The notes beneath the pieces are model-generated. The model made no database searches and was not told the DNA's origin. It worked only from the letters and a program-made list of their open reading frames with translations. A stretch of 63,096 nt of DNA, counting the filler, from Trichomonas gallinae (Eukaryota): NCBI GenBank assembly GCA_008369845.1. It is 4 parts of 4 records of this genome, joined end to end, with 100 filler letters (N's around TTAATTAATTAA, not from the genome) between each part and the next. Parts side by side here need not be neighbours in the genome. Positions count along the whole stretch, not along the records: positions 1 to 25,526 come from MRSU01000120.1; 3 more parts are not named here. One strand, written 5' to 3'. Below are positions 1 through 11,179 of this stretch, in pieces. Numbering within the stretch: the stretch's first letter is position 1; each line of letters starts with the position of its first letter. Both the position numbers and the translations under genes were made by a program.

Positions 1-473
1 AATCTAGCATTTTAATGGTCACTATGTGCTCATTCTATATTATTAATTTACAGAATTTTTAGTTGTATTTTTCTGCCGGATAACCTTTTTTTTTGTCATG
101 TAAATGTCAAAATTAATTTGTCATGTAATGTGCTTTTTGGCATGTAATTTGAAATTATGAAAAAAACTTATTAATTTGGATAAATGATAATTATTCCATT
201 ACAATGTGATTTTCAAAATAACTGAGAACATTAGAAAAATATCCTAAAATAGAATTGGAGTTTAAAAAACTTTTTGGAAGAAAGATATATATAATTCTAC
301 ATAAATGATTTATTGTCATCATTTACAATAGCTGAATATTACTTTTATAAAATTGAATATTTATTATCAACGGTAATGATATAATTTTTCGTGCTTTAAT
401 TGATTATATATTGTTATATATGTGATATATGAGAGAATCGTAGAAAAACGTATAAATTTAGTTTTCTATCGTC

Positions 474-494
474 GCCGGTTTTGGTCCTTCCTTT
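474..494 (+). promoter_or_regulatory. M3-like (GCCGGTTT) and M5 (CCTTT) core promoter motifs of RPS9
   Basis: GCCGGTTT at 474-481 has one mismatch to DRCSGYTD. CCTTT at 490-494 ends 8 nt before the ATG. This arrangement is known for trichomonad ribosomal protein genes. Confidence 0.6.
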
Positions 495-502
495 TACTAT
501 CG

Positions 503-1063
503 ATGTCCAGCAGAAACTTCAGCCGCACATTCAAGAAACCAATGCGTCCATACGAGAAGGAGCGCATGCACAAGGAACTCCAGGTCGTTGGTGAATACGG
601 CCTTAAGAACAAGCGCGAAATCTGGCGTGTTTCATACACACTCTCCAAGATCCGCCATGCCGCTCGTAACCTTCTTACACTCCCAGAGAACGACACAAAG
701 CGCATCTTCGAAGGTGCTGCCCTCCTTCGCCGCCTCACAAAGCTCGGTGTTCTTGATGAGACAAAGCAGAAGCTCGATTATGTTCTTTCCCTCACCGTCA
801 ACGACCTCATGGATCGCCGTCTCCAGACACAGGTTCACAAGCGTGCTCTCGCCAAGTCCGTCCACCATGCCCGCTCCCTTGTCTACCAGCGCCACATCGC
901 TGTCGAGAACCAGCTCGTCAACCAGCCAGCCTTCCTTGTCTGGAAGGACTCTGAGAAGAACATCCGCTATGCAGAGACATCAGTCTTGACAACCGAGAAG
1001 GCCGGCCGTAAGAAGCGCATGCGCCTTCATGCCCAGAACAAGAAGGCTGAGGAAGAATTTTGA
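503..1063 (+). CDS. RPS9: 40S ribosomal protein S9 (uS4)
   Basis: Motifs PMRPYEKER, GEYGLKNKREIWR, FEGAALLRRL and LAKSVHHAR. Highly biased codon usage. Likely start is ATG 503, just after CCTTT. Confidence 0.97.
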   Translation: MSSRNFSRTFKKPMRPYEKERMHKELQVVGEYGLKNKREIWRVSYTLSKIRHAARNLLTLPENDTKRIFEGAALLRRLTKLGVLDETKQKLDYVLSLTVNDLMDRRLQTQVHKRALAKSVHHARSLVYQRHIAVENQLVNQPAFLVWKDSEKNIRYAETSVLTTEKAGRKKRMRLHAQNKKAEEEF

Positions 1064-1298
1064 GTAAATCGATGGAGGTGATTTATTAATTACTTGTTCA
1101 AGGTGTTGGTAAGTTTCTCATCGAATTTATTAGAAATATCCCAATAAAGTGTCTAATTCTTAATATTAAATTTTTGATTTTTTAAATATATCAAAATATT
1201 TGGAATTTTCTGAGTGAACTCTACTAATCCCTTCAAACAAAGTCTCGCAATCTGATATGTTTGGATTTTGGCAATTTAATTTATCATTTTTTTAAGTG

Positions 1299-2654
1299 AT
1301 GAAAGCGAGGTCGAATCAATTAAAGCGACAAGAAACAAATGCAGGTGACCATATCGATACGCAAAACTTGGATGAGCTAAGTGAAGAGCAACTGGCCCAA
1401 TTTTTTAACAATTTATACGACATAAATAATTTATTCGAATTAATTAACTACTACGATAAAAATAAGTTCACTACAAACAAAAGATTTATGGATTTAGTAA
1501 TAGATGCTATAAATAATTCGCTCAATTCTGAATTTCAATATCAATCTATACTTTGTGCATTATTTACAGTAATAACTAAGAATAACACAGATATTGTTGA
1601 TTATATGATTCAAAAATCATTGCATGAGTTTTATATAGCGAACTTTCCTGCAATTCCAGTATTTCTTCCTTTAGCCAAGATGTGTAAGCGAAATAACTTT
1701 ATTGGAGAGTGTGTTATATCATCGCAAATTATAGATAGATGTGCTGAACTAATACAAAACGATATAAACTCATTATTTTACGTATTAAGATTATTCAGAT
1801 CATTTTGCAATAGATTCGAGTTATACCAGTATCTTCTAGGATTTTATACTTTCTTGGTCGATTTCTTGTTCAATCCAAATAATAATCTTTTAAATCAGCA
1901 CAAAGAACTGTGTTTGAAAGTAATTAGTCGATTCTGTTATAACTTAGAATTCGCACAGTTGTTTTTCAACCATCCTTCACTTATTAATTTCATTAATCAA
2001 ATGAATGATTATCAAATTCAGTCTCTTTTTGTCTATGTTATATATGTCTCATTCACTCAAACGAAAGGCAACACGATGAAGATTAATGATAGAATAGTGC
2101 ACGTTTCTAGATTATTGGCAGACTCACTACAACCGAATGTTTATGAATATTTATTAAATTTCGTCTGTAATTTCATAAATCCAGAGGTTTATCAAGCATT
2201 AGTTGAATGCTCTATTAATGCACTTGGTTCATTAGTGCAATATCGAGATGCACATGTTCTAGCAATGAAAAAAATCGAAATGATTAATTATGTTATTGAA
2301 ATCACAAAAAGTGAAGTATCTTTTGAGTTTAAAAAGGATTCCTTCCATCTTCTCTCTATATTATATTGCTTGGACATTGATTTTGCAAAATATCTCATTC
2401 AAAACGAGTTTGCTGATGTGATCCAACAGTTTGCTGAATTGATCCAAGAAATATCAGTAATTTATGTTATGAATATCTTAGACAAATCTGAAGAATATCA
2501 ACACGAAGCTGAAGAATTTTTTAATTTACTTCATGATGACTGGGTTATAGAAGTTTTATCTGAGTTAGAAGATATAGAATATGATGATGAATATGGATTA
2601 CCAATTGCAGATAGAGCACGAACATTGCTCCAAAAACTTGAAGAAGAAGATTGA
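1299..2654 (+). CDS. Hypothetical protein, probably alpha-helical ARM/HEAT-like
   Basis: 451-aa ORF with Inr TCATTTT at 1284. Amphipathic helical pattern and acidic C-terminus. Confidence 0.75.
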   Translation: MKARSNQLKRQETNAGDHIDTQNLDELSEEQLAQFFNNLYDINNLFELINYYDKNKFTTNKRFMDLVIDAINNSLNSEFQYQSILCALFTVITKNNTDIVDYMIQKSLHEFYIANFPAIPVFLPLAKMCKRNNFIGECVISSQIIDRCAELIQNDINSLFYVLRLFRSFCNRFELYQYLLGFYTFLVDFLFNPNNNLLNQHKELCLKVISRFCYNLEFAQLFFNHPSLINFINQMNDYQIQSLFVYVIYVSFTQTKGNTMKINDRIVHVSRLLADSLQPNVYEYLLNFVCNFINPEVYQALVECSINALGSLVQYRDAHVLAMKKIEMINYVIEITKSEVSFEFKKDSFHLLSILYCLDIDFAKYLIQNEFADVIQQFAELIQEISVIYVMNILDKSEEYQHEAEEFFNLLHDDWVIEVLSELEDIEYDDEYGLPIADRARTLLQKLEEED

Positions 2655-3105
2655 TTCTCAATATAAACGTTCTACAATTTTGTTTGTTTGTATAAAATAT
2701 TAATGATCTTTACTTGAACAATACTTTTTATGTTATGTTTTGTGTAATATATATAATTCGACACTTTATAATATGAAGCTATATTTATATGATGTAGTCT
2801 TTCATATATTTAATGAGTGCGAATATTGATTAATTTGTCATTTACATTGGCATATTTGCATTTTATTTGGCAAAACTTCAATTTACATTGACATTTTTGA
2901 CTTTGTAAAGAACTCATAAAACAGATTGTATCTATCGATGCATCGCTCGAAAATTTTGAGATTTTTATTATTAAAATTCCAGAATTGAGACAAAAAACAG
3001 AAAAATTTATTACTTTAAGGTTCTACCCCGAGCGAGACTATCGTTTACATCTATACGGCAATTTTCTAGTTTAGGTTATCAATTTTGAGTTTACATGACA
3101 ATTAA

Positions 3106-4055
3106 ATGCTTATTTTGACAAGGTTGAATGATTTTTGTCAAAAAATCTTAATGTTATTACATATACATGTTTAGTTAATAATTTTGATCAAACACATCGA
3201 GAACACGTAACTCTCTCTGAGAATGTGAGCATTGTAAGTTCACAATTCGTAGAATGCTCAGATAATTACCAAGGTGGAGCAATTTATGCAAAAAACTCAA
3301 TAATTGTTAGATTTAATAAATGTTTTTTCACTCAGAACTCATGCTTAGATCGTGGAGGTAGTATTGCTCTATATGTTAAACGCTCTGATATCAATAACTC
3401 ATGTTTTTATAATAATTCTGCTGAGATGAATACAGATTTTCAATGCATTAGTGATTTAGTAATAGCTAATCAAGTATCATCTTCAAAAGGAGTAGCAAAA
3501 CAACATGCTTTATGGAACAAAGGAGGAATCTTTATCACAGATTTTAATATTTCGAATAATATTATGGGACACCGAAGCTGTTATGGATCTGTAATGACAA
3601 TAGCACCTACATCTAAAGGGTTAATCAAATATATACAAAGTTTTAATACAAAAGGTCCAGAATCTTTATTCACAGTTGAATGTCATGTTACCAATGAAAT
3701 ATCTGCCTATTTAGAACACGCAAAGTTTATAAATGATTCATCCTCAACCTACATTTTTGGTACAATAAATAATTCTCTTGCGCATTATGTCTCTGATGTT
3801 TATATGACTTATTTAACCAATATTTCGAGAGTATTTGGTTCTGCTAGTAATGTTGGATCGTATGTTTTAATTAATTGTTATTCCGATCTATGTCCATCTT
3901 TCTTCAACTATCGCATAACGCTTGTTGAGTGTACACTAGGCACAAAATGCTATAATAACTACCTGATATGTGATTGTTATTATAATTCAGGATTCTATTA
4001 TCCTCCTTTAATCAAATCAATAACGAACTGTATAAATGTTGTGATTTTACTATAA
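3106..4055 (+). pseudogene. GGA-motif (polymorphic membrane protein-like) trichomonad family gene, frameshifted near the 5' end
   Basis: The long frame 3132-4055 has QGGAIY and RGGSIA motifs but is preceded by TGA with no early ATG. ATG 3106 (MLILTRLNDF) lies in another frame. Confidence 0.6.
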
Positions 4056-5383
4056 ATCGAAAATGCATAAACAAAACTGACTCTCTATTCTCAATTATAA
4101 TTTTTGCAAAATTAATTCGTGAATAATATTTTATATGTCTTGATATTTTAGAATATATAAGGACATATGATGTCTTTGCAACCATTCAATTTATCATAGA
4201 TCAAGATTAATATTAATATTTTCTTATCTTTATTGCCGGGAATTATCAAGCACTGGCTTCATCCCATAAGGGGTTCATATATGTATTTAAGTCTACTGAT
4301 GTATCTCAAAAGAATGTCATATGTTAATCTTCAATCTTTCAAGATGCAAAAGAATGAATCTCTGTTTGTGAAAATCTGACGTTGTAACAAAAAGAGCTAC
4401 TTTACATGTCGGAATTTGCTTAAAAGAATGATAACAGATTGAAAAAATGATGTATCATAAAAGTGACACGAAATCATCCTTTTTACAAACATTAGAATTT
4501 TCAAGCCATTAGAAATGATTTATGCCAAAGTTAAATTGCAGACTTGTGTTATACTGGGGATATGTAAGCATACTTATGAGAATAGGAGTATACATTTGTT
4601 ATAATGTGGTTGAAAACAATCGAAATATGATCAACAATCGTTAAATTAGTCGACATATGGGAAGCTATTCGCTAGAAAATTCGTGTGGTGATAGATGACT
4701 GTCAACGGGACGATTACCGAAATATTGATAGGATGAATCCGCCTTCAAATCATTAATAACATCAATGCGAAAAAAACTATTTATTTGAAAAGAAATAGTA
4801 AACTGGTTGATACGATATACGCGAATAAAAATTTGAAAAGACGCCGCGTAAACATCATAAAATATTTGTAAACTAATGAAAATGATCCGTTTTTCATTAG
4901 AGATAATTTTAAAATCATAATATAGATGGTAATTAGAACAGAGGACAGATTAACTTTTCAATTTTTCAATTTTTTCAAAAGCTTATTGATAAGAAAAATA
5001 TTTATTGATATAATGATACAAGAATAGAATAATAATTGACGATTCCAAAAAATGAAAATATTAGTAAAATATATCCTTATTCAATCTAGATCATGTTCCA
5101 AAAAATCGAGTGATAGAAAAATTTGATAGGATTCACAACCTATTGAATATTGTCACTTTTAAGATATCGTAGAACCTTAACAAAAAATAATACGCGTTTA
5201 TCACCGATTTTTTTGTGATATTACTTTTTGTTACATAATTGTGTGATGTAATATCGATTTTCCTGAGACGGTTAAATACTCAACTGTCAAAAAAGTTATA
5301 TATTCAATATATTCATAAATTATGAGTTTTTATAGTAAAAATATAATAACCGCTTATCCCTTTCAAAATTTTTAAATATTTGA

Positions 5384-6085
5384 ATGCTCAATAGTCTTCT
5401 TAACTTTTGGTCCTTTGCTGGTAGAAACAAAGCATATGGTGTTACAAAGCAAGAGCTTAAGCTCAAGTACAAAGACCACAAAGTGGTTTCGTACTCGGCA
5501 ACACGCTTGATGATGTACAATCAAGTTGATTGTGAAAACAACAAGCTTTATTTGATTTATGGAGGCGAGCCATATAACTGGAGATGTGGACAGACAAAGA
5601 TGCCACCGTTGAACGATATTAATGCTGAACATACTGTTCCACAATCATTCTTCAATAAGGCCCAGCCGATGGTAACAGATCTCCATCACTTAATCTCTGC
5701 TCCACATGTCCTTAATGAGCTCCGCTCCAACTACAAATTCAATGAATTTTCGTATGATAGATGCGCAAAATTCTGCAAGGGCTTAAAATGCCAAACATCT
5801 CGCCCATCAAATCCAGATGATTACTCATGCCTCTCAACTGACAAAGTCTGGATGCCAAGAAAGGCTGATCGTGGCCAGGTCGCTCGTATGGTTCTCTACT
5901 TTTTCACCATGTACGACGACTACCCAATCACCTTAGTAGGAGATCTCAAGACATTCCTCAAGTGGAATAACCAGTACCCACCTTCCTCTAGAGAAATTAC
6001 AAGAAACAACATTCTCAACAAAACACAAGGCAACCGTAACCCATTCATTGACCATCCAGAGTGGGCTGACCAGGTTTGGAAATAA
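5384..6085 (+). CDS. Endonuclease I (EndA/Bsn-like, His-Me finger) family nuclease
   Basis: Motifs NAEHTVPQS, DLHHL, NELRSNY, RGQVARMVLYF and RNNILNKTQGNRNPFIDHPEW. Confidence 0.92.
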   Translation: MLNSLLNFWSFAGRNKAYGVTKQELKLKYKDHKVVSYSATRLMMYNQVDCENNKLYLIYGGEPYNWRCGQTKMPPLNDINAEHTVPQSFFNKAQPMVTDLHHLISAPHVLNELRSNYKFNEFSYDRCAKFCKGLKCQTSRPSNPDDYSCLSTDKVWMPRKADRGQVARMVLYFFTMYDDYPITLVGDLKTFLKWNNQYPPSSREITRNNILNKTQGNRNPFIDHPEWADQVWK

Positions 6086-6647
6086 TTAGTATTAGGCTCA
6101 TGATTTTGATTTGCCACTATCCTAGACATTAATTTTTCAATTTTTTAAGCGGTATAAATCTTCTTTCTTTCATACATTACCATTTTATCACCGCTGCCTG
6201 CTATAAGGTTTATATTTTTTATATGACCTTCGAATATCCCTAAGAAATCGTTTCATTTTACGTACAATATCTTTCCAATCTAATCATCTACTTGTTGTAT
6301 ATATCCACTTGATATGAGTGTTTAGAAAAAAAAAAAATTCACGTGCCCATCAATAAATTCCCCTACTAATTGCTGATAGACGCTTCTTAATCAGCCAGAA
6401 TATGTGGTTTAATTCTTAATTTAACCATCAAAAAATTAACCAAATTTCAAAAATTTCGTTTTTGTTAAATTTAAACTGTAGTCTATTATTTGCTTCCTTT
6501 TTGTCTATCAATTGACATAATCTGAGCCAACGAATATTGATCAAATACCTTATCTGAGTGAAATACTAAGGCATTGCTCGTATGAAAATAAAAATATTTA
6601 TTTTCCAAAATCAAAACACTTCAGTTCAATTTATATAAAAATTGAAA

Positions 6648-7610
6648 TCAGTCTTTCTTCTTCTTGCCCTGCTGATGTTCCTTGATAAGGCGAATTACTT
6701 CGGTGTTGGATGCATCTGTGACCTTGACACCCAATTTGTTAGCAATTTCGAATTCGGCCATCATAGCTCTTTCGGTTGGTGTCATACCTTTGATCTCCTC
6801 TGTTGTGTGCTGCTTGGAGATAGAAATCGTCAATGTTCCGAATGGAATGGAAAGGCATCTGAACGCATATGTGAAAAATCCGCCGCAGCACCACTTGAAG
6901 TTGACCAAATCGAATGTGAAGTAGGATTTATATCTTAAAGCAACTGTTTGGAATGGCCTGTCAGTCAAAAATCCACCTGTGTGGAATTTAAGCATAAATT
7001 TGCCTTGTGTAGTTTTTCCTTCTGGAGCAAGGCCAATTGGATTCGTTCCTTCCTGCTCGATGAACTCTTTGATTGCCTGTGAAGCACCTGATTGCTTTGA
7101 TCTATCGATGAATAATGTTCCAGCGGCAGCTAAAATCTTGCCGAAAATAGGAACTTTAAGCATTTCGATCATAGAAATGACTGTAAAGACCTTGTAAACG
7201 TAGATAATTGGTCCATCAAGTAATGTTTGGTGATTAAAGCAAATCATTCTTGTGTCTGGTTCGAATTCTCCCTCAATATTGACCCAGAAAACGCCAAAAC
7301 AGAATGCAATAAGACGAATAAAGCATCTAGAGCAAAAGATTCCGTATGGAGTAAAATATTTGACGATTTCGAAGCTCAAAAACGGAAGAACTGGAAGCAT
7401 GACGAGGAGATATACGATGAGACCACCAATCAGGAGTGCTAATCTGATTGGTCCGAGTGCAACAAAGAATAGAATCCATCTGAGAACTTTAGCGAGTCCT
7501 TCTGGATGATGAAGTAACATCGCATTATCAAGCAGCTCTTCCTCTGTGACATGGCTAAGCTTGTTTTGGTTGTGATAATCCTTGTCTTCTAAAGGAAAGA
7601 GAATCACCAT
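6648..7610 (-). CDS. Lysophospholipid acyltransferase (PlsC/LPCAT-like)
   Basis: NHQTLLD (HxxxxD), FIDR and APEGKTT motifs. N-terminal TM segments and C-terminal KKKKD. Confidence 0.9.
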   Translation of the reverse strand: MVILFPLEDKDYHNQNKLSHVTEEELLDNAMLLHHPEGLAKVLRWILFFVALGPIRLALLIGGLIVYLLVMLPVLPFLSFEIVKYFTPYGIFCSRCFIRLIAFCFGVFWVNIEGEFEPDTRMICFNHQTLLDGPIIYVYKVFTVISMIEMLKVPIFGKILAAAGTLFIDRSKQSGASQAIKEFIEQEGTNPIGLAPEGKTTQGKFMLKFHTGGFLTDRPFQTVALRYKSYFTFDLVNFKWCCGGFFTYAFRCLSIPFGTLTISISKQHTTEEIKGMTPTERAMMAEFEIANKLGVKVTDASNTEVIRLIKEHQQGKKKKD

Positions 7611-9205
7611 AGAAAATTGTCAAAAATTCGCATTTTGAAAGAGAAAATGGTCGAAAAAACGTGTGTACATTGTCATCTCTATTGCATAAAACAATATAAA
7701 AGTTTGAGCTGAAAGTCTTTACATGGCAAATTTATCATTTTTTCTGTTTTATAGCCAAATCGTTGATATTTTTAAGTAACAAGCTAAAACTCATCATTAT
7801 AATACATATTCGGATCGATTCACATGAGAATTCATAACATTTGTAAAGATTGAATCAATCGGAGAATTTATTTTATTTTTTGGGTTGTTTGATAACAAAT
7901 AGTATGAGTACACAGCACTGGTATGATTTCCGTGCGTCTAAATATCATCATATGCTAACATTATTTATGATAAAAAAAAATATCTTATGAGTGACTATTA
8001 ATGAAGTAAAATCTTTACTATATGTGTAGAAATCAAATATTCTGATGGTTGTTGGACTTGAATCTGTAATAAAATTTAGGAATAAGATAATGTTTTAGTA
8101 AACTCAAACAGCATTATATGTATATAACTGAATTTAGTCGGATCTTTATATATCTGAACTCTTTTAGGGATTTAACTATTCTGATGTATCGATGAATGTA
8201 TTGATATGATAATTAAGCATTTAATTCTTTGCATTAATCGTAATTGGTATTTTGTGGAATATTGCAGCATGTATAGCACAATACTCTCATTATTATATGA
8301 TTTGAGATTGCAACCTTGTTAAATTGGATTATGGACTATCAACTAATACTTAAATGATAATTCTAAATCTATATTTATGCTGAAGTGACCTTATTATTCG
8401 ATTGGGTTTTGATTGAAGAATATGTCTATAATATCAATGCTTCTTTATTATTTCATTAATAGAATAATTAATTTGGCAATGTAAGTAATGTAAATAATGA
8501 AGTGTTACCAAACAGAAGCCGAGGCAACTGCCGTTTCAATCAAATTTTTAATCATTTTGTCGTTATTTTTCATATCTATTGTGATATTTATATTCTTCTA
8601 AGTCCACTTATAAACATTCTCTGTTAAATAGCCGGACATCATCGTCTTTTGAAAAATTTGCAGAATAACGAAATTTTGCCAAATCATTACAAAACACTTT
8701 TGAAAGCATCCCAGACATGAACACTAGCATGCTATTTCACTCGTTTTCGCTGAAATCTTTGTAATAACAGATTTTATCGAAATAAAACCGAAAATACTAT
8801 TTTTAGATTTGTTATAATGTAATACATGCAATGGACCAAAAATCTAAAAATCAAACGATGAAAAAAAAATTGAAACATTCAAAATTTCTTTTTGCCTAAA
8901 AATTGGTTCACTGAATAATCAATAGTTTTAAAAATCTATATTTGAAAATAATTATAAAAAAATCTTAATAAGCTAAATATTATACTTATATACATATAGA
9001 AATTATATGTTAGAAGTTTCAAGGCTCAAACTTCATTAGAAAATTTATTATAAATCGATTTTGTTTGATTTTCAAAGATATAAAAGAATATTACATATTT
9101 TGGTATATTTTTTGTTTTTTATCGTGAAAATTTTCAATATAAATTTTCGGTTTTAAAAAATTGTAAACGTATATTGAAATTTTCGCATATTTTAGTACAT
9201 AGGAA

Positions 9206-10090
9206 ATGTCTAAAGCGATGGGTATGATGAGCGGCGTTTATTTCGTCGGCCGCGCAGAACTCCTTGAGTGGGTCAATGATCTTCTCAAGATCAACTACAC
9301 CAAAGTCGAAGATATGAGCAATGGAGCTGCATTCTGCCAAATCATCGATGCTATCCATCCAGGCACTGTACACATGAAGAACGTCAAGTATGACGCTGTT
9401 CAAGCCCCAGATATCATCAATAACTACAAAGTTCTTCAGGAAGCATTCGATAAAAACGGCATCAAGCAGTATATCGATGTCAACACCCTCGTAAAGGGCA
9501 AGTATATGGCTTCCTTGGAACTCTTCCAGTGGATTCATGGCTACTACTCTCAGCAGCAGCCACCAACAGATTATGATCCAGTCGAGCGCCGCAGAAAGCT
9601 GAAGCTGAAGGAGCCAACAGGCTCTATTACAGATGGCAAGCCAGCTGGTATGGCTAAGCGTAAAGGAAAGGCTGAGCTTGCTCCAAAGGCCGCAGAATTA
9701 AGACCAGGACTCATCCCAGGACGCTCAACAACAACGCAGGAGAAGGTTGCTCCAGCTCCAGTTAGGAGAGAGAAGCCAGCTCCAGCACCAAAGGAGGAGC
9801 CAACCAGAAAGGAAGCCAAGACAGCCCTTCCAGGACCAGGAGCTTCTGCTGCAACGAGCAAGGAACTCACAGCCGCTAAGAAGAAGATCGAAGAACTCAC
9901 AGAAGAAGTTAATCAGGCAAATGAAGAAAGAGATTTCTACTACGAGAAGCTCAGAAAGATTGAAACTTTCTGTCAGGACAACGAGGACGACGAAATGATC
10001 AAGAAAGTCCTCGCTATTCTCTATGAAGCCGATGAAGAAAAGGGATTTGTTGCTCCAAATGATGACGATGATGATGAAGATGACGAATAA
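9206..10090 (+). CDS. EB1: EB1 microtubule plus-end binding protein
   Basis: CH domain (GRAELLEWVN...GAAFCQIID) and EBH domain (ERDFYYEKLRKIE...ILY). Acidic tail. Confidence 0.95.
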   Translation: MSKAMGMMSGVYFVGRAELLEWVNDLLKINYTKVEDMSNGAAFCQIIDAIHPGTVHMKNVKYDAVQAPDIINNYKVLQEAFDKNGIKQYIDVNTLVKGKYMASLELFQWIHGYYSQQQPPTDYDPVERRRKLKLKEPTGSITDGKPAGMAKRKGKAELAPKAAELRPGLIPGRSTTTQEKVAPAPVRREKPAPAPKEEPTRKEAKTALPGPGASAATSKELTAAKKKIEELTEEVNQANEERDFYYEKLRKIETFCQDNEDDEMIKKVLAILYEADEEKGFVAPNDDDDDEDDE

Positions 10091-10199
10091 ATGATTTTAT
10101 TGTGACGTATGATTAAAAATATACAAGTTTTTGGTATTTGTCGTGTAAAATAATTCTGACATGTAAAGTGTCAAGAAAAAGTATACAACTTTTTCAAAC

Positions 10200-10823
10200 A
10201 TGTCAACGCAAGAAACCTGGATCAGCTGGTTTCTTCAGCAGCCCCTTGGCAAGTATTTCGTCGAGATTGACAAGGACTACCTCATGTGCACATACAATTT
10301 CTACGGTTTACGTCAAAAAGTATCGAATTTTAAACAAGCTCTTGATTTAATTCGCGGCCCATACATTCCACCAGACAAGAGACCATCCAGCTGGGTTAGC
10401 GATATCGATGATTATGGAATATGCTTGTATGGCTTACTCCATGCTCGTTATCTATTAACAGATGCTGGTTTAGAACGCATGTACCAAAAATACAACAAAG
10501 ATCCGTTCTATTTATGCCCAAGGACACTATGTAATGGCACAAAATGCGTCCCTTATGGTGCATCTGACGATATTGGTCAAACAACTGTTAAAATGTTTTG
10601 CCCATGTTGCCATGATGTATACCATATCCAAGATGAAAGCATACCTCTTACAGATGGCGCCTTTTTCGGGCCGTCGTGGGTTCATCTATTCTTAGCGAAA
10701 TATCCATCATTAATGCCGAAACCACCGATTAAGAAATACATTCCTAGAATATTCGGTTTCAAGATATGCCCAGAATCAGCGTTCAATGATACTGAAGAAG
10801 AAGAATATGAAGAATCGAATTAA
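10200..10823 (+). CDS. CKB: Casein kinase II regulatory (beta) subunit
   Basis: Motifs WISWF, LYGLLHARYLLT, Zn finger CPRTLC...CPCC, DGAFFG and YIPRIFGFKI. Confidence 0.95.
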   Translation: MSTQETWISWFLQQPLGKYFVEIDKDYLMCTYNFYGLRQKVSNFKQALDLIRGPYIPPDKRPSSWVSDIDDYGICLYGLLHARYLLTDAGLERMYQKYNKDPFYLCPRTLCNGTKCVPYGASDDIGQTTVKMFCPCCHDVYHIQDESIPLTDGAFFGPSWVHLFLAKYPSLMPKPPIKKYIPRIFGFKICPESAFNDTEEEEYEESN

Positions 10824-11179
10824 AGCTTCTTTAACTGGTCTGTGGCATACAATTCATGAATCGTCATTGAATATTTGTTATGATTTTAAAATAAATTACA
10901 TTTGAAAATATATCAAAAAAATATTTCATTCTTCATTAATAACTCTATTATAACTACTTTTGCATTGATTATTATAATTAAATTATTGAGCAAATTAATA
11001 TAATTTGTGATAAGAAATCAAAATATCTAATTTTCTCAATAATTGGCCATAAGATGATAATTATATTTTAAGGTGACTCAAGATAATTGTATTTTGATTC
11101 GATTTTTGTTGATTTTTGATTTAATTCTAGAAAAATAAATATTTAGGACAAAAACATTAAATTCTAATGATATATAAAG

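Noticed and set aside
422..502. N-terminal extensions from GTG/TTG or upstream ATG starts in the ORF track (RPS9, ARP2, CCDC22, Rab, NPL, TPR)
   Set aside because: They run through AT-rich promoter motifs, and homology begins at the downstream ATG.
4150..4870. Slightly GC-elevated intergenic stretch, possibly a decayed gene
   Set aside because: It has frequent stops and no recognisable protein motif, so I cannot support a call.
7900..8645. Possible minus-strand pseudogene remnant (MSGYLTENVYKW...)
   Set aside because: Stops are frequent and there is no family signature.
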